Part shown: one piece after another, positions 25,809-38,837 of the stretch
How the letters are laid out: the number at the start of each line of letters is the position of its first letter
Numbering within the stretch: position 1 is the stretch's first letter
NCBI RefSeq assembly: GCF_006345805.1
Contig: NC_043018.1
Span: 25,730,001 to 25,794,000, forward strand
Direction: 5' to 3'
Source: Octopus sinensis
Taxonomy: Eukaryota
Length of the DNA: 64,000 nt
Position numbers and translations under genes: made by a program
Notes under the pieces: generated by a model
The model's database searches: none
What the model saw: the letters and a program-made list of their open reading frames with translations, nothing else
What the model was told of the DNA's origin: nothing

Positions 25809-27433
25809 TAAATATTGTGTGGCATTCTCATTTTACATTTTGCAGATCATTCTAGAAACCTACTTTGATTCCTGTAATCTCTTTTTATTATAGGTACAAA
25901 ACCTGTAATTTTCGAGGAGGTGGTTGGTCAATATCATCGACCCCGAGTGTTTCACTGGTACTTATCTAATAGTCCTTCGAAAGGACGAAAGACAAAGTTG
26001 ACCGTGTTGAAATTTGAACTCAGAACCTAAAGCCGAAAGAAATACCGCTAAGCATTTTGTTCGACGCGCTACTTGGTCCCAGTATATAACTGGAATTTAT
26101 CCTATGTAACTCCGATAAAACGAAGGACAAAGTCAAGCGACAACGACGGGATTTGAACCCAGATGTAATTAAATACTTTGTGGCATTCGCACCACTACAC
26201 TTGCCGATTCGACCATTTAAAGTCCTTATGTTAAGACAATGATATTAACAACACAAATATTAAGAAGAATATATTTAAAAAGTAAAAAGGGGAAAAAGAG
26301 GAAAAGAAAAACTGTATCGGAACTTGAAAAAACAAAACAAAAAATCACACACTATGGAGTAATAATACTTGAACATAGAAAATTTGTTTGAACAGCTTTG
26401 AATAATATTAATTATATTAAATTAAATTTAGAGATCTTATGGAAATATAAGAAACTAATAAACAGTTAAATTACGAACACAGAGTCTATCCAGACTTTCT
26501 ACGAAATATTTTTGGAAAAAAATTCGTAAAAATGTTGATAAATTTTAATTAATATTTACAAGAATAAAATAAGAAAATTAAATAAAAATGATAAATTGAA
26601 AATCAAATTAAAAATGAAAAAATATTCCAAATTATGAAGAAGAAATTTGTATTTGTGTTGCTTCAATTCTCTTTCCGTTATTATTTTTTTAAGGACGATT
26701 TTCTTATTATCTGTGATGTTTTTTTGTGTGGTTTACCGTTATTGCAGTATTCTGCAGAAAAGTTTTTAAGTTGTGAGAATAAGAAACGGAATGAGAGATT
26801 GAAAGAATAAAAGAACGAAAGAATAATAACGACGGGAATAAGAAAAGCTGCAAAAATAAGAAAAGAAAAAAAGAAAAGCAAATAAGAAAAGATAAAAAGC
26901 AAAAAAAAAGGCCGCTACAAACACCCCGTTATGGTGTTACATTATAGAATTAAAATGGCGGACATTGTAACATCTGTGTCTTGTGTTGGATTTCATTCTG
27001 TTGGAAATGAAAATTCTTTGAAACACGCAGCAAATGGAATAATTAGCTTGCAAATGGTAATAGAAAAACAGAAAGAGTAAAAGACAGAGAAAGAGAAAGA
27101 AACACGCAGAAAGAAAGGGAGAGAGAGAAAGAGAGAAAGAGACGATGATGATGAATATGATGAGGATGATGACGCTGCGTTTCTAACAACTGTACTAGAA
27201 TACGTAAACAAGAAAATCTAGAGCAAAGAAACATTTGAAGAGCTTCATAAAATCTACAGCAACAGCAGTAGCAGCAGCAGCAGCAACAGCAGTAGCAGCA
27301 GCAACAGCGGCAGTGTTGGAGGCCATGTTGTTACATAGACACACTTAACTCTTGACGCTTAAAAACATTCTGTATAAATACACACACACCTCTACTCTCT
27401 CTCTATCTAGTACGTATATATATATATATATAG

Positions 27434-27477
<44 letters not shown>

Positions 27478-27655
27478 TTAGATTATATATATATATATAT
27501 AATATATATATAATATTTATATATATATATATATATGTAACTCTATAGATTTACAACACTGCTTACTTCATACACACTCCTACACTCACATATATGTAAG
27601 GATACATGCATGCATATATGAATATGCAGACGCACTATTAAAATATATCTATATA

Positions 27656-27697
<42 letters not shown>

Positions 27698-27811
27698 ATA
27701 TGATGCACATGTGTGGGATATTTTTAATGTGTTACCTATCTATCTATCGATTTATCTACTATCTAACATCTATATATCTGTCTATCTATCTATCTATCAT
27801 CTATCTATCTG

Positions 27812-27848
<37 letters not shown>

Positions 27849-27849
27849 A

Positions 27850-27885
<36 letters not shown>

Positions 27886-29138
27886 ATGTCAGAAATATGG
27901 AAAATTAATAATAAAACTAAATGTGTTTTTCCTTTTAAAGCGAAGTTGATTAATTCCTGAGTATATTATTACAATGAAATTATTTCAGAATATTATAATA
28001 TGTATTGAAAAATAGATTATCACAATCAAATTATTTAAAAATACATTATTACATATTCCAAAATATATCGCGCCCAAAACGCATTACTACAATTAAATCT
28101 TTTCATGATTACATTTTCCAAATTACATTACATTTTTAAGCTAAAATCATTTAAAAATACCTTATTTCAACATTCCAAAACACATGCTTACAAATAATTA
28201 CAGGATTGCATAATTAAACATTCCAAAGGAACAGAATTCCAGACCGGTTTCACTTCAAATAATAGATATTCACTACAATGTGCGTGTGTAATAGTCTGTA
28301 ATGCACAACGGCGGAGCTGCTTTTCTGTGACTATAGACAATATTTGTGCTTTGTTTATCACAAAAAGTTAAAAACCAAATTACAGCAAGAGAGTCATCTG
28401 AGGCCTCTGGTAAAGATAATATTACATTTGATCAAATGTGTTACAGATTAAGAATGCGATGTGGATGTGGTTACGCTCAAATCGTGTTCACGGACAACAC
28501 ACACACATACACACATATACACACACATACACACACTAACACACAAACACACCACAACATGCACACACGCACACACACATACACACATACACACCTACAA
28601 CATACACACAGACATACACGACACAAACACACAAACACACACACATACACAAACGCACACACACAGACACACAGACAGACACGCACACACATGCCACACA
28701 TACAGCAGACACGCCACACACACGGACACACGCACAGACACCAGATACACAGACAGACACGCAAACACCAGACACACACAGGCACACAGACACACACGCA
28801 CACACACGGACACAGCACACACAGACGCGCACACAGACACACACAAGCACACACCCCACAGACATACAGACACAGACACAAACACAGACAGACACACAGA
28901 CACACACACAGACACCACACACGCACACACACCAACTTACATATATATACGACAAGTTTCTATTCGATTTCCTTCACAAAGTATGGTTATATCCGAGCCT
29001 ATAGGAGAAAAAAAAAACATTTCTAAAGTGCTAAGCATTGAAATTGAACCGGAGACTATGTAGTGATGACGGGACTTTTAAGTAAACAGCCATGCTTAGT
29101 GTTTGTGATCTTTGGGCCAACCATATACAATGTAGTCT

Positions 29139-29238
29139 NNNNNNNNNNNNNNNNNNNNNNNNNNNNNNNNNNNNNNNNNNNNNNNNNNNNNNNNNNNNNN
29201 NNNNNNNNNNNNNNNNNNNNNNNNNNNNNNNNNNNNNN
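29139..29238. other. Assembly gap (100 N)
   Basis: Run of N. Confidence 1.
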
Positions 29239-29800
29239 TACTGGTACTTAATTTATCGACCCCGAAAGGTTCAAAGGCGAAGTCGACCGCGGCGGAATTT
29301 GAACTCAGAAAGTAAAGACATACGAAATACCGCTAAGAATTTCGCCCGGCGTGCTAACGTTTCTGCCAGCTCGCCACCTTTATAACTAGGGAGATAATGC
29401 GACTCAGTGTGTATATGGCTTATAAGTGTATTTCCATTGCAAAATTATATAAATTTCAGGAGTATACGAGCTGGGAGAAGGAAAAAAGTAGACCTCGACG
29501 GGATTCGAACTCAGCGTAAATATTTCGAAGGCGGTGAGCTGGCAGAATCTTCACCACACCAGACAAAATGCTTAACGGCATTTCGTCCGGCATGCGGACG
29601 ATTCTACCAGCTCACTGCCTTCTAATATTGATTTAAATTTTGGCACAAGGCCAGAAATTCCGACGTGGTGAGGAGAGGGTAAGTCAATTGGATCGACCCT
29701 AGTGTTCAGCTGGTACGACTCCGAAAGGGATAAAAAAATCGATCTAGGCGGGATTTGAACTCGAACTTGCTTTACCCAGGGTGCTAACCGTTCTGCCACC
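29239..29800. mobile_element. Family A SINE fragments in mixed orientation
   Basis: Minus copy 29239-29381, plus head at ~29528, minus copy ~29640-29800. Confidence 0.8.
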
Positions 29801-31047
29801 TCACCCCCATATAGAGAATGTGTGTGAATTGAGAGAAGATATAACTGAGAGAACGTATACGGACAGAGAGAGAGAGAGAGAGAGAGTGAGAAACAAAGAC
29901 AGAGACAGAGACAGGCAGAGACATAGAAAGAGACAGAGAAAGGGAGAGCATATGGCACTCAAAAAGAAAGAGCATCGATTAAGAAATATCGTAAAAATAT
30001 GTTAGACACTTTATTTGTTTTGTACTTTCATATAAATTAAGATTAAGGTTGTTATCAAAAGCCGAAGCATGTCGGCGCTAGGTTGAAGGTCGAGTAAGAG
30101 TAGCGGGAGGCGGCTGAGTGGGGGGGGAAGCATATGTGACGAAGAAGCGGGGAAAAAGTTCTACTTTCTTAGAGTCTGGCTTTCTGACATCAGGTTTTTT
30201 TTAATGTCACTTTATTGTTTTCTTATAAATTGATATATATACATATATATATATACATATATATATATCATATATATATATATATATATGCATATATATA
30301 TATTTATGTATGCATATATATATTTATGTATGCATATATATAATATATATATATTTATATTATATATAATATATATATATATATCATATCTATATATATT
30401 ATATATATGCATATATATATTTATGTATGCATATATATATATAATATATTTATGTATGCATATATATACTATATACATATATATGTGTGTGTGTATATAT
30501 GTCTACATATATGTGCGTGTATATATATGCGTGTGTGTGTATGTGTGTGTGTATGTGTGTGTATGTGTGTGCGTGTGTGCGTGTGTGTGTGTGTGTTGTC
30601 TTTTGATGGCGTAGCAGAGTGGAGTAACCGATTTCAAAAACAGACTCAATATTTCATATTTTATGCTCTTTCTTCCCTTATCGACTCCTTTCCGTTATTG
30701 ATCTCCGCATTCCATGGTGGCTGCCTTCTCTCTACCCGACGCCTTTATCTAAAATTTGTGTTGACATATATAATGCCGATACAAATTGCCAGTTGGCGGT
30801 ATTTAGTTTTAGAATAATAATAAAAATAAAATAAAAATATATTGATTTCTTCATATAAATTGCACGAGGTGCTGAACTGTGAGATATGTATGTATGTGTG
30901 TATGTATGTATGTATGTATGTATGTATGTATGTATGTATGTATGTATGTATGTATGTATGTATGTATGTATGTATGTATGCATAAATGTATATATGTATG
31001 TATGTATATATGTATGTATGTGTACATATATCTCTTTTACTCTTTTA

Positions 31048-31325
31048 CAGCGGACTCGCGTTCGTAGGATCGCGGTTTCGATTCCCAGACCGGGCGTTGT
31101 GAGTGTTTATTTAGCGAAAACATCTAAAGCTCCACAAGGCTCCAGCTGGGTGGGGCGATCCCTGCTGTACTCTTCTGCCACAACTTTCTCTCACTCTTCT
31201 GTTGGCCTGCTTAGCCAGTGGGGTGGCGTTACTTGAAGGCTAAAACAATGCGAAGCACATTGTAACCAGCGATGTGTAGCAACACCTGAGAGCCTGCTCG
31301 GTCACGGTGATCACGGTCACAGTGA
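31048..31325 (+). mobile_element. SINE with head D and tail Y
   Basis: CAGCGGACTCGCGTTCGTAGGATCGCGGTTTCGATTCCCAGACCGGGCG; tail ACCAGCGATGTGTAGC...CGGTCACGGTGA. Confidence 0.85.
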
Positions 31326-31453
31326 TATATATATAAGAATAAAACGAATGGTTTACACATCGTAGCTTACTGGTAAAGTGCGGTTACTTTCGCGGTGATC
31401 CTTATGTTTATGGCAAATAAAAGACGGAAGATGGGATATACGAGAATTTATTG

Positions 31454-31559
31454 ATCACGACAATTGTTTCGACACATCTAGCATCGATTCCTCTTGGGTG
31501 GGACACTCAACAACTGGTTCAGAAGCATCCGGTGGTGCAGATGTATCTTGTCGGGGGAT
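31454..31559 (-). ncRNA. Type-I hammerhead-like motif, left-arm copy with damaged core CCGACAA
   Basis: Minus: AUCCC-CCGACAA-GAUACAUCU...AGAUGUGUC-GAAACAAUUGUC-GUGAU. Confidence 0.55.
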
Positions 31560-31734
31560 AAATAGATACAACTCGTTAAAAGTTCCTCAATGTAACTTTT
31601 CGATTTTGCAGGAAGAAAAACAGCCAGACAGAGGAAATATCTTCATTTATATTGAAAATCAAAAATAAAATCACAGATGGGGGAAAAAAAGAGAAACGAA
31701 CACGCAATATAGCGAGTAAAGTATTTATCTATTT

Positions 31735-31840
31735 ATCACCCGACGAGATATATCTGCACCGCCGGATGCTCATCAACCAGTTGTTGAGTGTCCCACCCAT
31801 GACGGTTCGATGCTAGATGTGTCGAAACAATTGTCGCGAT
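31735..31840 (+). ncRNA. Type-I hammerhead ribozyme motif with extended stem II and U4C core
   Basis: AUCAC-CCGACGA-GAUAUAUCU...AGAUGUGUC-GAAA-CAAUUGUC-GCGAU; palindromic ACAAUUGU stem III, GUC triplet ending at 31835. Confidence 0.7.
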
Positions 31841-31899
31841 CAATAGATTCTCGTATATTCCATCGTTTTCCTTTTTCCTTTGCTATATATATATATTAT

Positions 31900-31933
<34 letters not shown>

Positions 31934-32238
31934 AAGGGTTGAACAGAAAGAATACAAGGAGAAAGTTAGATGAAAGCAGAGTAAAGGAGAAAGTAGACAG
32001 AAACAGGAACGGACGGGAAATCAGACAAATACACGGAATATTCACTGCTGAGTTTTCCTTTTCTGTCAAAACCACAAAATATCATAACAGTTCACTCTGC
32101 TTTCGTCTAAATACACTCTCCTGTCTTAAAAAGAACTTTGTTCTTCGCCAATTCCCTTCCGGTCATTTCAAAATGTCTCCACATGTGAATCGTTGGCGAT
32201 TTTCTTCCTTCGTCTTCCCTTCTATTGAACTTCCGTCT

Positions 32239-32273
32239 ATTTCTGAAGAGGAGCTTTGCTCGAAACGTTAAAT
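32239..32273 (+). ncRNA. Minimal type-I hammerhead ribozyme motif (Penelope-type)
   Basis: AUUU-CUGAAGA-G-GAGC UUU GCUC-GAAACGUU-AAAU; palindromic AACGUU. Confidence 0.75.
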
Positions 32274-32943
32274 CCTCTTTCTTTCCTTTCCTGAGCGTCT
32301 GGTAATACATTACTTGAACCACATCCTAGCGTTGTTGTTTTTTCATGTTTGTATTTCTTTGTTTCTTAAATTATAAATTACTATTTATATTTATAATAAT
32401 CTTTAAAAAATTAAATGACATAAACCATTTTGGAAAGAATTGCTCCTATTGTGTAAGCGCTTTCTCTCTTTACAGCATTTCAAGCACACGTGTCATATTA
32501 AATAGTGTTGACGAAGTTTGATTTTCTAGGATTCATGTTATATATTTCCAGTCTAGTTTCCGATTCAGAACATTTATAGCATATTCTTATTTGTGGCTTC
32601 CGTAGTTCATCATATACTTCCTTTATTTGAAGAGAGCGAGGAACTTAAATTTCGCATTTGTACAAGTGTGTAGGTGATTACTTGGGATATTTCGATAGCT
32701 TTACTAGATGATTCTTATGATTTGCTGCTTATGCATACTTACCCGATTTATTATTTTTGATACTCTTTGCCCAATATGTGTATGTGTGAGTGTGTGTGTG
32801 AGAGTATGTGTGTGTGTGAGTGTGTGTGTGGTGTGTGAGTGTGTGGTGTGTGTGTGTGTGTGTGTGTGTACATTTTTCTGTCTGTGTAACTGGGCACTTC
32901 AGACGTATAGATACGTAGATGAATATATGGACAGACAAATATT

Positions 32944-32977
<34 letters not shown>

Positions 32978-32978
32978 T

Positions 32979-33173
<195 letters not shown>

Positions 33174-33233
33174 CAGACAGATAGACCGTCAGGCAGGTAG
33201 GGAAAACAAATAGATAGATACAGAAATAAAAGA

Positions 33234-33553
33234 GTACTACGTCAGTTACGACGACGAGGGTCCTAGCTGATACAATCAACGGAACAGCCTGCTCGTGAAA
33301 TTAACGCGCAAGCGACTGAGCAATCCACAGACACGTGTACTGCTAACGTAGTTCTCAGTGAGATTCAGCGTGACACAGAATGGGATAATGCCAGCCCTTT
33401 GAATTACAGGTTCTACTCATTTTAGCCAGCTGAGCGGACTGGAGCAACGTGAAATAAAGTGTCTTGCTCAAGGACACAACGCGTTACCAGGAATTGAACT
33501 CATGACCTTACGATCGTGAGCCGAATGTCCTAACCACTAAGCCACGCGCCTTC
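33234..33553 (-). mobile_element. SINE with head C and tail X
   Basis: Head GAAGGCGCGTGGCTTAGTGGTTAGG...GAGTTCAATTCC, CCTTGAGCAAGACAC core; tail shared with the 22191 copy. Confidence 0.88.
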
Positions 33554-33607
33554 ACACAGAAATAGGAATGAGAGAGAAACAAAGAGCGTTCCTCAGCACT
33601 AGATATA

Positions 33608-34897
33608 CGAGGGGCGTTCAATAAGTAATGCCCCTGACCCACTTCCCATAGCAGTAGAGCAACGAAACTTGGCACAGTTATTAGTCTTTTTCTACATAGA
33701 AAGCACTCAGAGTTACGCATTTCTCCCATCGTTTGATGCAGCTCTGGAGACCGTTTTTGTAGAAGACCCCAGCTTGGTCCTCCAACCACGACATGACTTC
33801 AGAAATCAAGGCTGCATCATCTGGGAAACGCTTTCCTTTCAAAAACAACTTCATGGCTGGGAAGAGGTGAAAATCAGAGGGTGCAAGGTCAGGAGAGTAA
33901 AGGGATGGGGGGAGTTCATAGCCGCACGCCTGTGCTTCTGATCTGGCAACACGCGAGTTGTGAACCGGAGCGTTGTCCTGCAGGAGGAGGATGCCTTTGC
34001 TGATCTTGCTCCGTCTCTTGATTTTGATAGCTTCTCTTAATTTCCTCAAAAGTGAAGCATAATAGGCTCCTGTAATTGTGGTACCCTTTGCCAGGAAATC
34101 TGTCATCACTACTCCGTCCTGGTCCCAGAAGACTGTGAGCATGACCTTGCCAGCGGAGGGCTGCACCCTTGCCTTCTTTGGAGGAGGTGAGTCACGATGC
34201 TCCCACAGCATTGACTGGGCTTTGGTCTCTGGATCATAGTGATGGACCCAGGTTTCATCCTGTGTAATCAGTCTTTTGAAAAATTTTGACTCATCTTCTT
34301 GGCACATCTCCAAATTCATCCTCGAGCACTCGACGCGTTCTTGCTTCTGGAAAGGCGTGAGCAACCTGGGAATCCATCTGGCGGACACCTTTTGCATATG
34401 CAAATGGTCATGAATGATAATTTCCACAGACCCGGTACTAATCTTGACCTCATGGGCTATTTGGCGAATAGTTATGCGTCGATCTTCCAAAATGGCAGCC
34501 TCAACTTGACGGACAGATGCCTCATCAATGGCAGAAGTGGGGCGACCAGATCTGGGAGCTGTTTCCACAGAGTTCCGACCATGTTTGAATTCACGATGCC
34601 AGCGTCTTACAAGGTCATATGATGGGGCATCATCACCATAAGTTACTTTCATTTCATCAAAAGTCTCCCGTGGTGTGCGTCCTTTCAAATACAAAAACCA
34701 GATCACTGCTCGACACTCAACAGGCTCCATTTCACACTTGACTCAGTTCAAACATATGTAAATCAGAAACCACAATTAGTTCAGAGCTGTAATTTGCCAC
34801 TTAATCTATAAAGATATCAATAATTGCACATGCAAAATTTCAGCTAGATCAAACAACTGCGAGTGGGTTAGGGGCATTACTTATTGAACGTCCCTCG
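33608..34897 (-). mobile_element. Full-length 1290-bp mariner transposon (irritans-like) with TA target-site duplication
   Basis: TA|CGAGGGGCGTTCAATAAGTAATGCCCCTGACCCACT ... AGTGGGTTAGGGGCATTACTTATTGAACGTCCCTCG|TA; TIRs differ at about 2 positions. Confidence 0.97.
33681..34730 (-). CDS. Mariner transposase, 349 aa, open reading frame
   Basis: HTH (VRRWHREF, RSGRP), WIPRLL, catalytic TQDETW / QDNAPVH / YSPDLAPSDF, C-terminal RWEKCV. Confidence 0.95.
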   Translation of the reverse strand: MEPVECRAVIWFLYLKGRTPRETFDEMKVTYGDDAPSYDLVRRWHREFKHGRNSVETAPRSGRPTSAIDEASVRQVEAAILEDRRITIRQIAHEVKISTGSVEIIIHDHLHMQKVSARWIPRLLTPFQKQERVECSRMNLEMCQEDESKFFKRLITQDETWVHHYDPETKAQSMLWEHRDSPPPKKARVQPSAGKVMLTVFWDQDGVVMTDFLAKGTTITGAYYASLLRKLREAIKIKRRSKISKGILLLQDNAPVHNSRVARSEAQACGYELPPSLYSPDLAPSDFHLFPAMKLFLKGKRFPDDAALISEVMSWLEDQAGVFYKNGLQSCIKRWEKCVTLSAFYVEKD

Positions 34898-35313
34898 TAC
34901 ACTCATACTTTATTTATGAACCTCACACTGATGAAATACCAAATAATTCGAATCAGGGTTCAAAACCATATCGTAGAAACGCTGGGAAACAAATACCGCA
35001 AAGGATTGTCCCTGACTCTCTCTAACAACTTTAACCCTTCCCTCATACTCCCTACTTTTGTCCGTCGCCGTTTTTTTGGTCCGAATCTTATGGAACTACT
35101 AAAATATTAATAGGTGTGTTTCTTTTTTTTTTTTTCAGGTCTTTGCTATTTTTGTTTATGATATAATTATATTCGAAACCAAAAAAAAAAAAAGATGTGA
35201 AATTTTCTTTTAAATATCTCTGCCTTACTTGTTTGCAACAAGTATTTGTATAATTAGTTTGATTATCAATCCTTTGATAGAAGCACACGTGAAATAATAA
35301 TAATATTAATAAA

Positions 35314-35344
<31 letters not shown>

Positions 35345-35656
35345 GCGGTGGTAGTGGTAGTGGTGGTGACGATGACGAGAATTATCACAGTGATGATGAT
35401 GGTAGTGATGACCACATCATTTGTGTAGCAGCACAAATGGTTTCAAATTTTGCTGCAAGGGCAAATTTTGCCTCGGTGGAGAGGCGATAAGTCGATTACA
35501 TCGACCCCAGTGCCTAACTGGCACTTCTTTTATCGAGTCCCGAAAGGGTGAAAGGCAAAGTCCACCTCGGCATAATTTGTACTTGGAATGTAAAGACGGC
35601 CATAATGTTCCTAAGCATTTTGCCCGGCGTTCTAACGATTCTGCCAGCTCGCCGCC

Positions 35657-35720
<64 letters not shown>

Positions 35721-35729
35721 TAATAATAA

Positions 35730-36263
35730 ATGCTCTCATGGCTGCTGATCTTAACTGATTGGAAGTGTTATACTGTACATTGTTTTGTCTTGGTATAAAA
35801 GATGAGCTACAGCAAATATTCTGCTCAATACCACAGATTTGCTTGTCAGTTGTTTGACCTTAACCACTTGAGCATATCCCTTAGTGGTTGAGGATATGCT
35901 CATCTCTGATCACAAGCAGAAGTAGTGGGGGGGGCATCATAGTCGTGTGTTGAAAGGAATTCTTGGAGGTTTGGATAATTCACCTTTGTAAACATGGGTG
36001 GTTCGTTCAACATCCTTAAACAATCCTTATTCAGGGACCTTTTGAGTGGGATGGGCTACTCGACCAGAATAAAATTATAACTGGGCCCAACCTGCAAGGT
36101 CATGTGCTGTTTATCTTGATATGAGATCACCATGTCGCGCACATATGGTTGTGATGCATCTGCCTGGCGTAACCTTATCAGACGGGTAGTCATGTTGGGT
36201 ATACTGGGCTTCGTATATTTTACCCCATTGTCACTTTGATGGCATGCACTGCTCTCTCACTCA
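35730..36263 (-). mobile_element. Interspersed repeat family E inserted in (AAT)n
   Basis: Reverse complement matches 41457-41915 (GAGTGAGAGAGCAGTGCATGCCATCAAAGTGAC...). Confidence 0.85.
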
Positions 36264-36287
36264 ATAATGATGATGATGATGATGATG

Positions 36288-36358
<71 letters not shown>

Positions 36359-37056
36359 TAATAATAATGAATATTAAAGGAAAGCAAATAATCTAAAACG
36401 ATAGTAAACTTTTTCATGAGATAGATGGAGAAAGAGATGGGGGCCAACGTAATACGAATTAATCTAATTGGTGTAATCAGTTTGTAAATGATGGGAAAAG
36501 AGCCAGCTTTGATTATGAATATACATATTTCATTTTTCTTTAGAGAGAAAAATGAATAAAGAATAAATAAATGAATAATAACAAGATAAAACATTTCCCC
36601 AAAGAAAAATCGACACCACCGCCTGCGTCCCCTTCTCTTTCTTCCCTTATTAGTGGCATTGATATAAAAGCTTAATGAGAAAGACATACATAGATGTTAC
36701 CTGGTCTTCTTCATTAATTGAAAGTAATGAGGAAATAGCCTAGAAAAATCTAATCAAGAAAGTAAGCAAATAGTAAAAAAAAAAAAAAAAACGAACAAAC
36801 ATAACAACACAAACAATAGAAACAAAGAACCACCGGAACAAAATTAATAACAAAAAAATATATACAAAACAACATAGTGTTTTACATTTAGAGGAAGAAA
36901 GAAATATATCAGTAATATGTTGTCGCTTATATCATAAATAAACACACAAAAAGACAAATGGTACAGAAAAGTTGTCGCTGTTATCGTATTTGCCGGAAAT
37001 TATTACAACTACTACAACAACAACAACTACTACTACTACTACTACTATTGTTGTTG

Positions 37057-37087
<31 letters not shown>

Positions 37088-37088
37088 A

Positions 37089-37315
37089 AGGCGGCGGCAG
37101 AAACGTTAGGACGCCGGGCGAAATGCGTAGCCGTATTTCGTCTGCCGTTACGTTATGAATTCAAATTCCACCGAGTTCGACTTTGCCTTTCGGGGTCGAT
37201 AAATTAAGTACCAGTTATGCACTGGGGTCGATATAATCGACTTGATCCGTTTGTCTGCCCTTGTTTGTCCTCTCTGAGTTTAGCCCCTTGTGGGTAGTAA
37301 AGAAATAGGTATTTC
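37089..37315 (+). mobile_element. Family A SINE
   Basis: AGGCGGCGGCAGAAACGTTAGG...GTAAAGAAATAGG. Confidence 0.88.
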
Positions 37316-37568
37316 ACACGACTTTACGCCCCAAGTTCAATTTCCGCCGAGAACCATTTTGTGGTCAATAAAATACGTACCATTTGAGCAGTGGGGGTCA
37401 GTGTAACAGACTTACCTTCACCACCCGAAATGGTTGGCCTTGAGCCACACTTTGAATTTATTTATTATCGTTGTGGTTGTTGTTGTTACGCTTCTCATCT
37501 GTGTGTCTGATCCAATCACTTGCCGAGTGACATTTGGTGTCCTATGGCAAAGGAAAGTTAAGAAATAT

Positions 37569-37922
37569 AGGTGTAGGAGTGGCTGTGTGGTAAGTAGCGT
37601 GCTTACCAACCACATGGTTCCGGGTTCAGTCCCACTGCGTGGCACCTTGGGCAAGTGTCTTCTACTATAGCCTCGGGCCTTGTGAGTGGATTTGATAGAC
37701 GGAAACTGAAAGAATATATATATATTTGTATATGCATGTGTGTGTCTGTGTTTGTCCCCCCAACATCTCTTGACAACCGATGCTGGTGTGTTTACATCCC
37801 CGTAACTTAGCGATTCGGCAAAAAACATCGATAGAATAAGTAGTAGGCTTACAAAGAATAAGGTGGTGCTCCAGCATGGTCACAACATGAAACAAGTAAA
37901 AGAGTAAAAAGAGTAAAAAAGT
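37569..37922 (+). mobile_element. Family B SINE
   Basis: Head, core and (GAGTAAAA)n tail. Confidence 0.9.
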
Positions 37923-38485
37923 AAATGTTTACATGTAATTTGAAAGTTTGAAGAGAGAAGTAGGGAAGGGCAGTGCAGATACATTCATTTAATGCAAGAC
38001 ATCACAAAACCCTTAAGTTAATAGGGGTTTTCTAAAGATATGGGGTGGTACTTGTCAACACAATCTTCCTTTAGAGATGTTATCTCGCTGTTTCAAACAT
38101 CCTGTTTTATCAAACCAAGGCCGCATACTACAGCAGGGATAGGCTTCGCCTTAAGATGCCACATCTTTTGTATTTCGATTTTTCAGGTCCTTATATTTAC
38201 TGATCTTGTCAAATTCCTTGATAGATATATTCCTCTTGGTGGGGATATTTAGATCTATGAGTTATTCTCTTTCGCGTCTTTGATGATTATGTCTGGTCAG
38301 TTAGCCTGATTGATGTGTCAGTGTTCAGAGAAAAATCCCATAGGATAGTGACATATTCCCCTTCAACCGCTGGTTCAGTATGCTGCTCATTCAAGTTAAC
38401 AGAAGTGCTGATTTGGTAGTGCTCACCTATTTTCCAATGAAAATGTTGTCCTACTAGACAGTGTTAATTTTATATTCGTTTCATG

Positions 38486-38539
<54 letters not shown>

Positions 38540-38745
38540 TGAAAGGCAGAATCGTTAGCACGCCGGGCAAAATGCTTAGCGTTATGTCGTCTGCTGCTAT
38601 GTTCTGAGTTCAAATTCCGCCGAGTACGACTTTGCTTTTCATCCTTTCGGGGTCGAGGAAATAAGTACCAGTTACGCACTGGTGTCGATATATTCTATTT
38701 CCCCCTTTCCCCAAAATTTACCAGACCCTGTGTCTAGGGGAGAAA
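38540..38745 (+). mobile_element. Family A SINE within (AAT)n
   Basis: GGCAGAATCGTTAGCACGCCGGG...GGGGTCGAGGAAATAAGTACCAG. Confidence 0.8.
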
Positions 38746-38763
38746 TAAGGATAATAATAAAAA

Positions 38764-38816
<53 letters not shown>

Positions 38817-38837
38817 TAATAATAATAATAATAATAA

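Larger units (their letters stand above)
31410..31885. repeat. Inverted repeat with ~160-bp arms and ~150-bp spacer (inverted Penelope pLTR-like)
   Basis: 31410-31570 is the imperfect reverse complement of 31720-31885. Confidence 0.9.

Noticed and set aside
28346-29063. 200+ aa His/Thr-rich ORFs
   Set aside because: Degenerate (CA)n repeat
30060-30195. Small GC-rich patch as a promoter
   Set aside because: Too short, with no core promoter or downstream exon evidence
33480-33553. tRNA gene
   Set aside because: tRNA-like A/B boxes are SINE heads continuing into core and tail; no acceptor stem or terminator
34916-34965. CUGAUGA within GAACC/GGUUC stem
   Set aside because: Lacks GAAA and stem III; too degenerate to call a hammerhead
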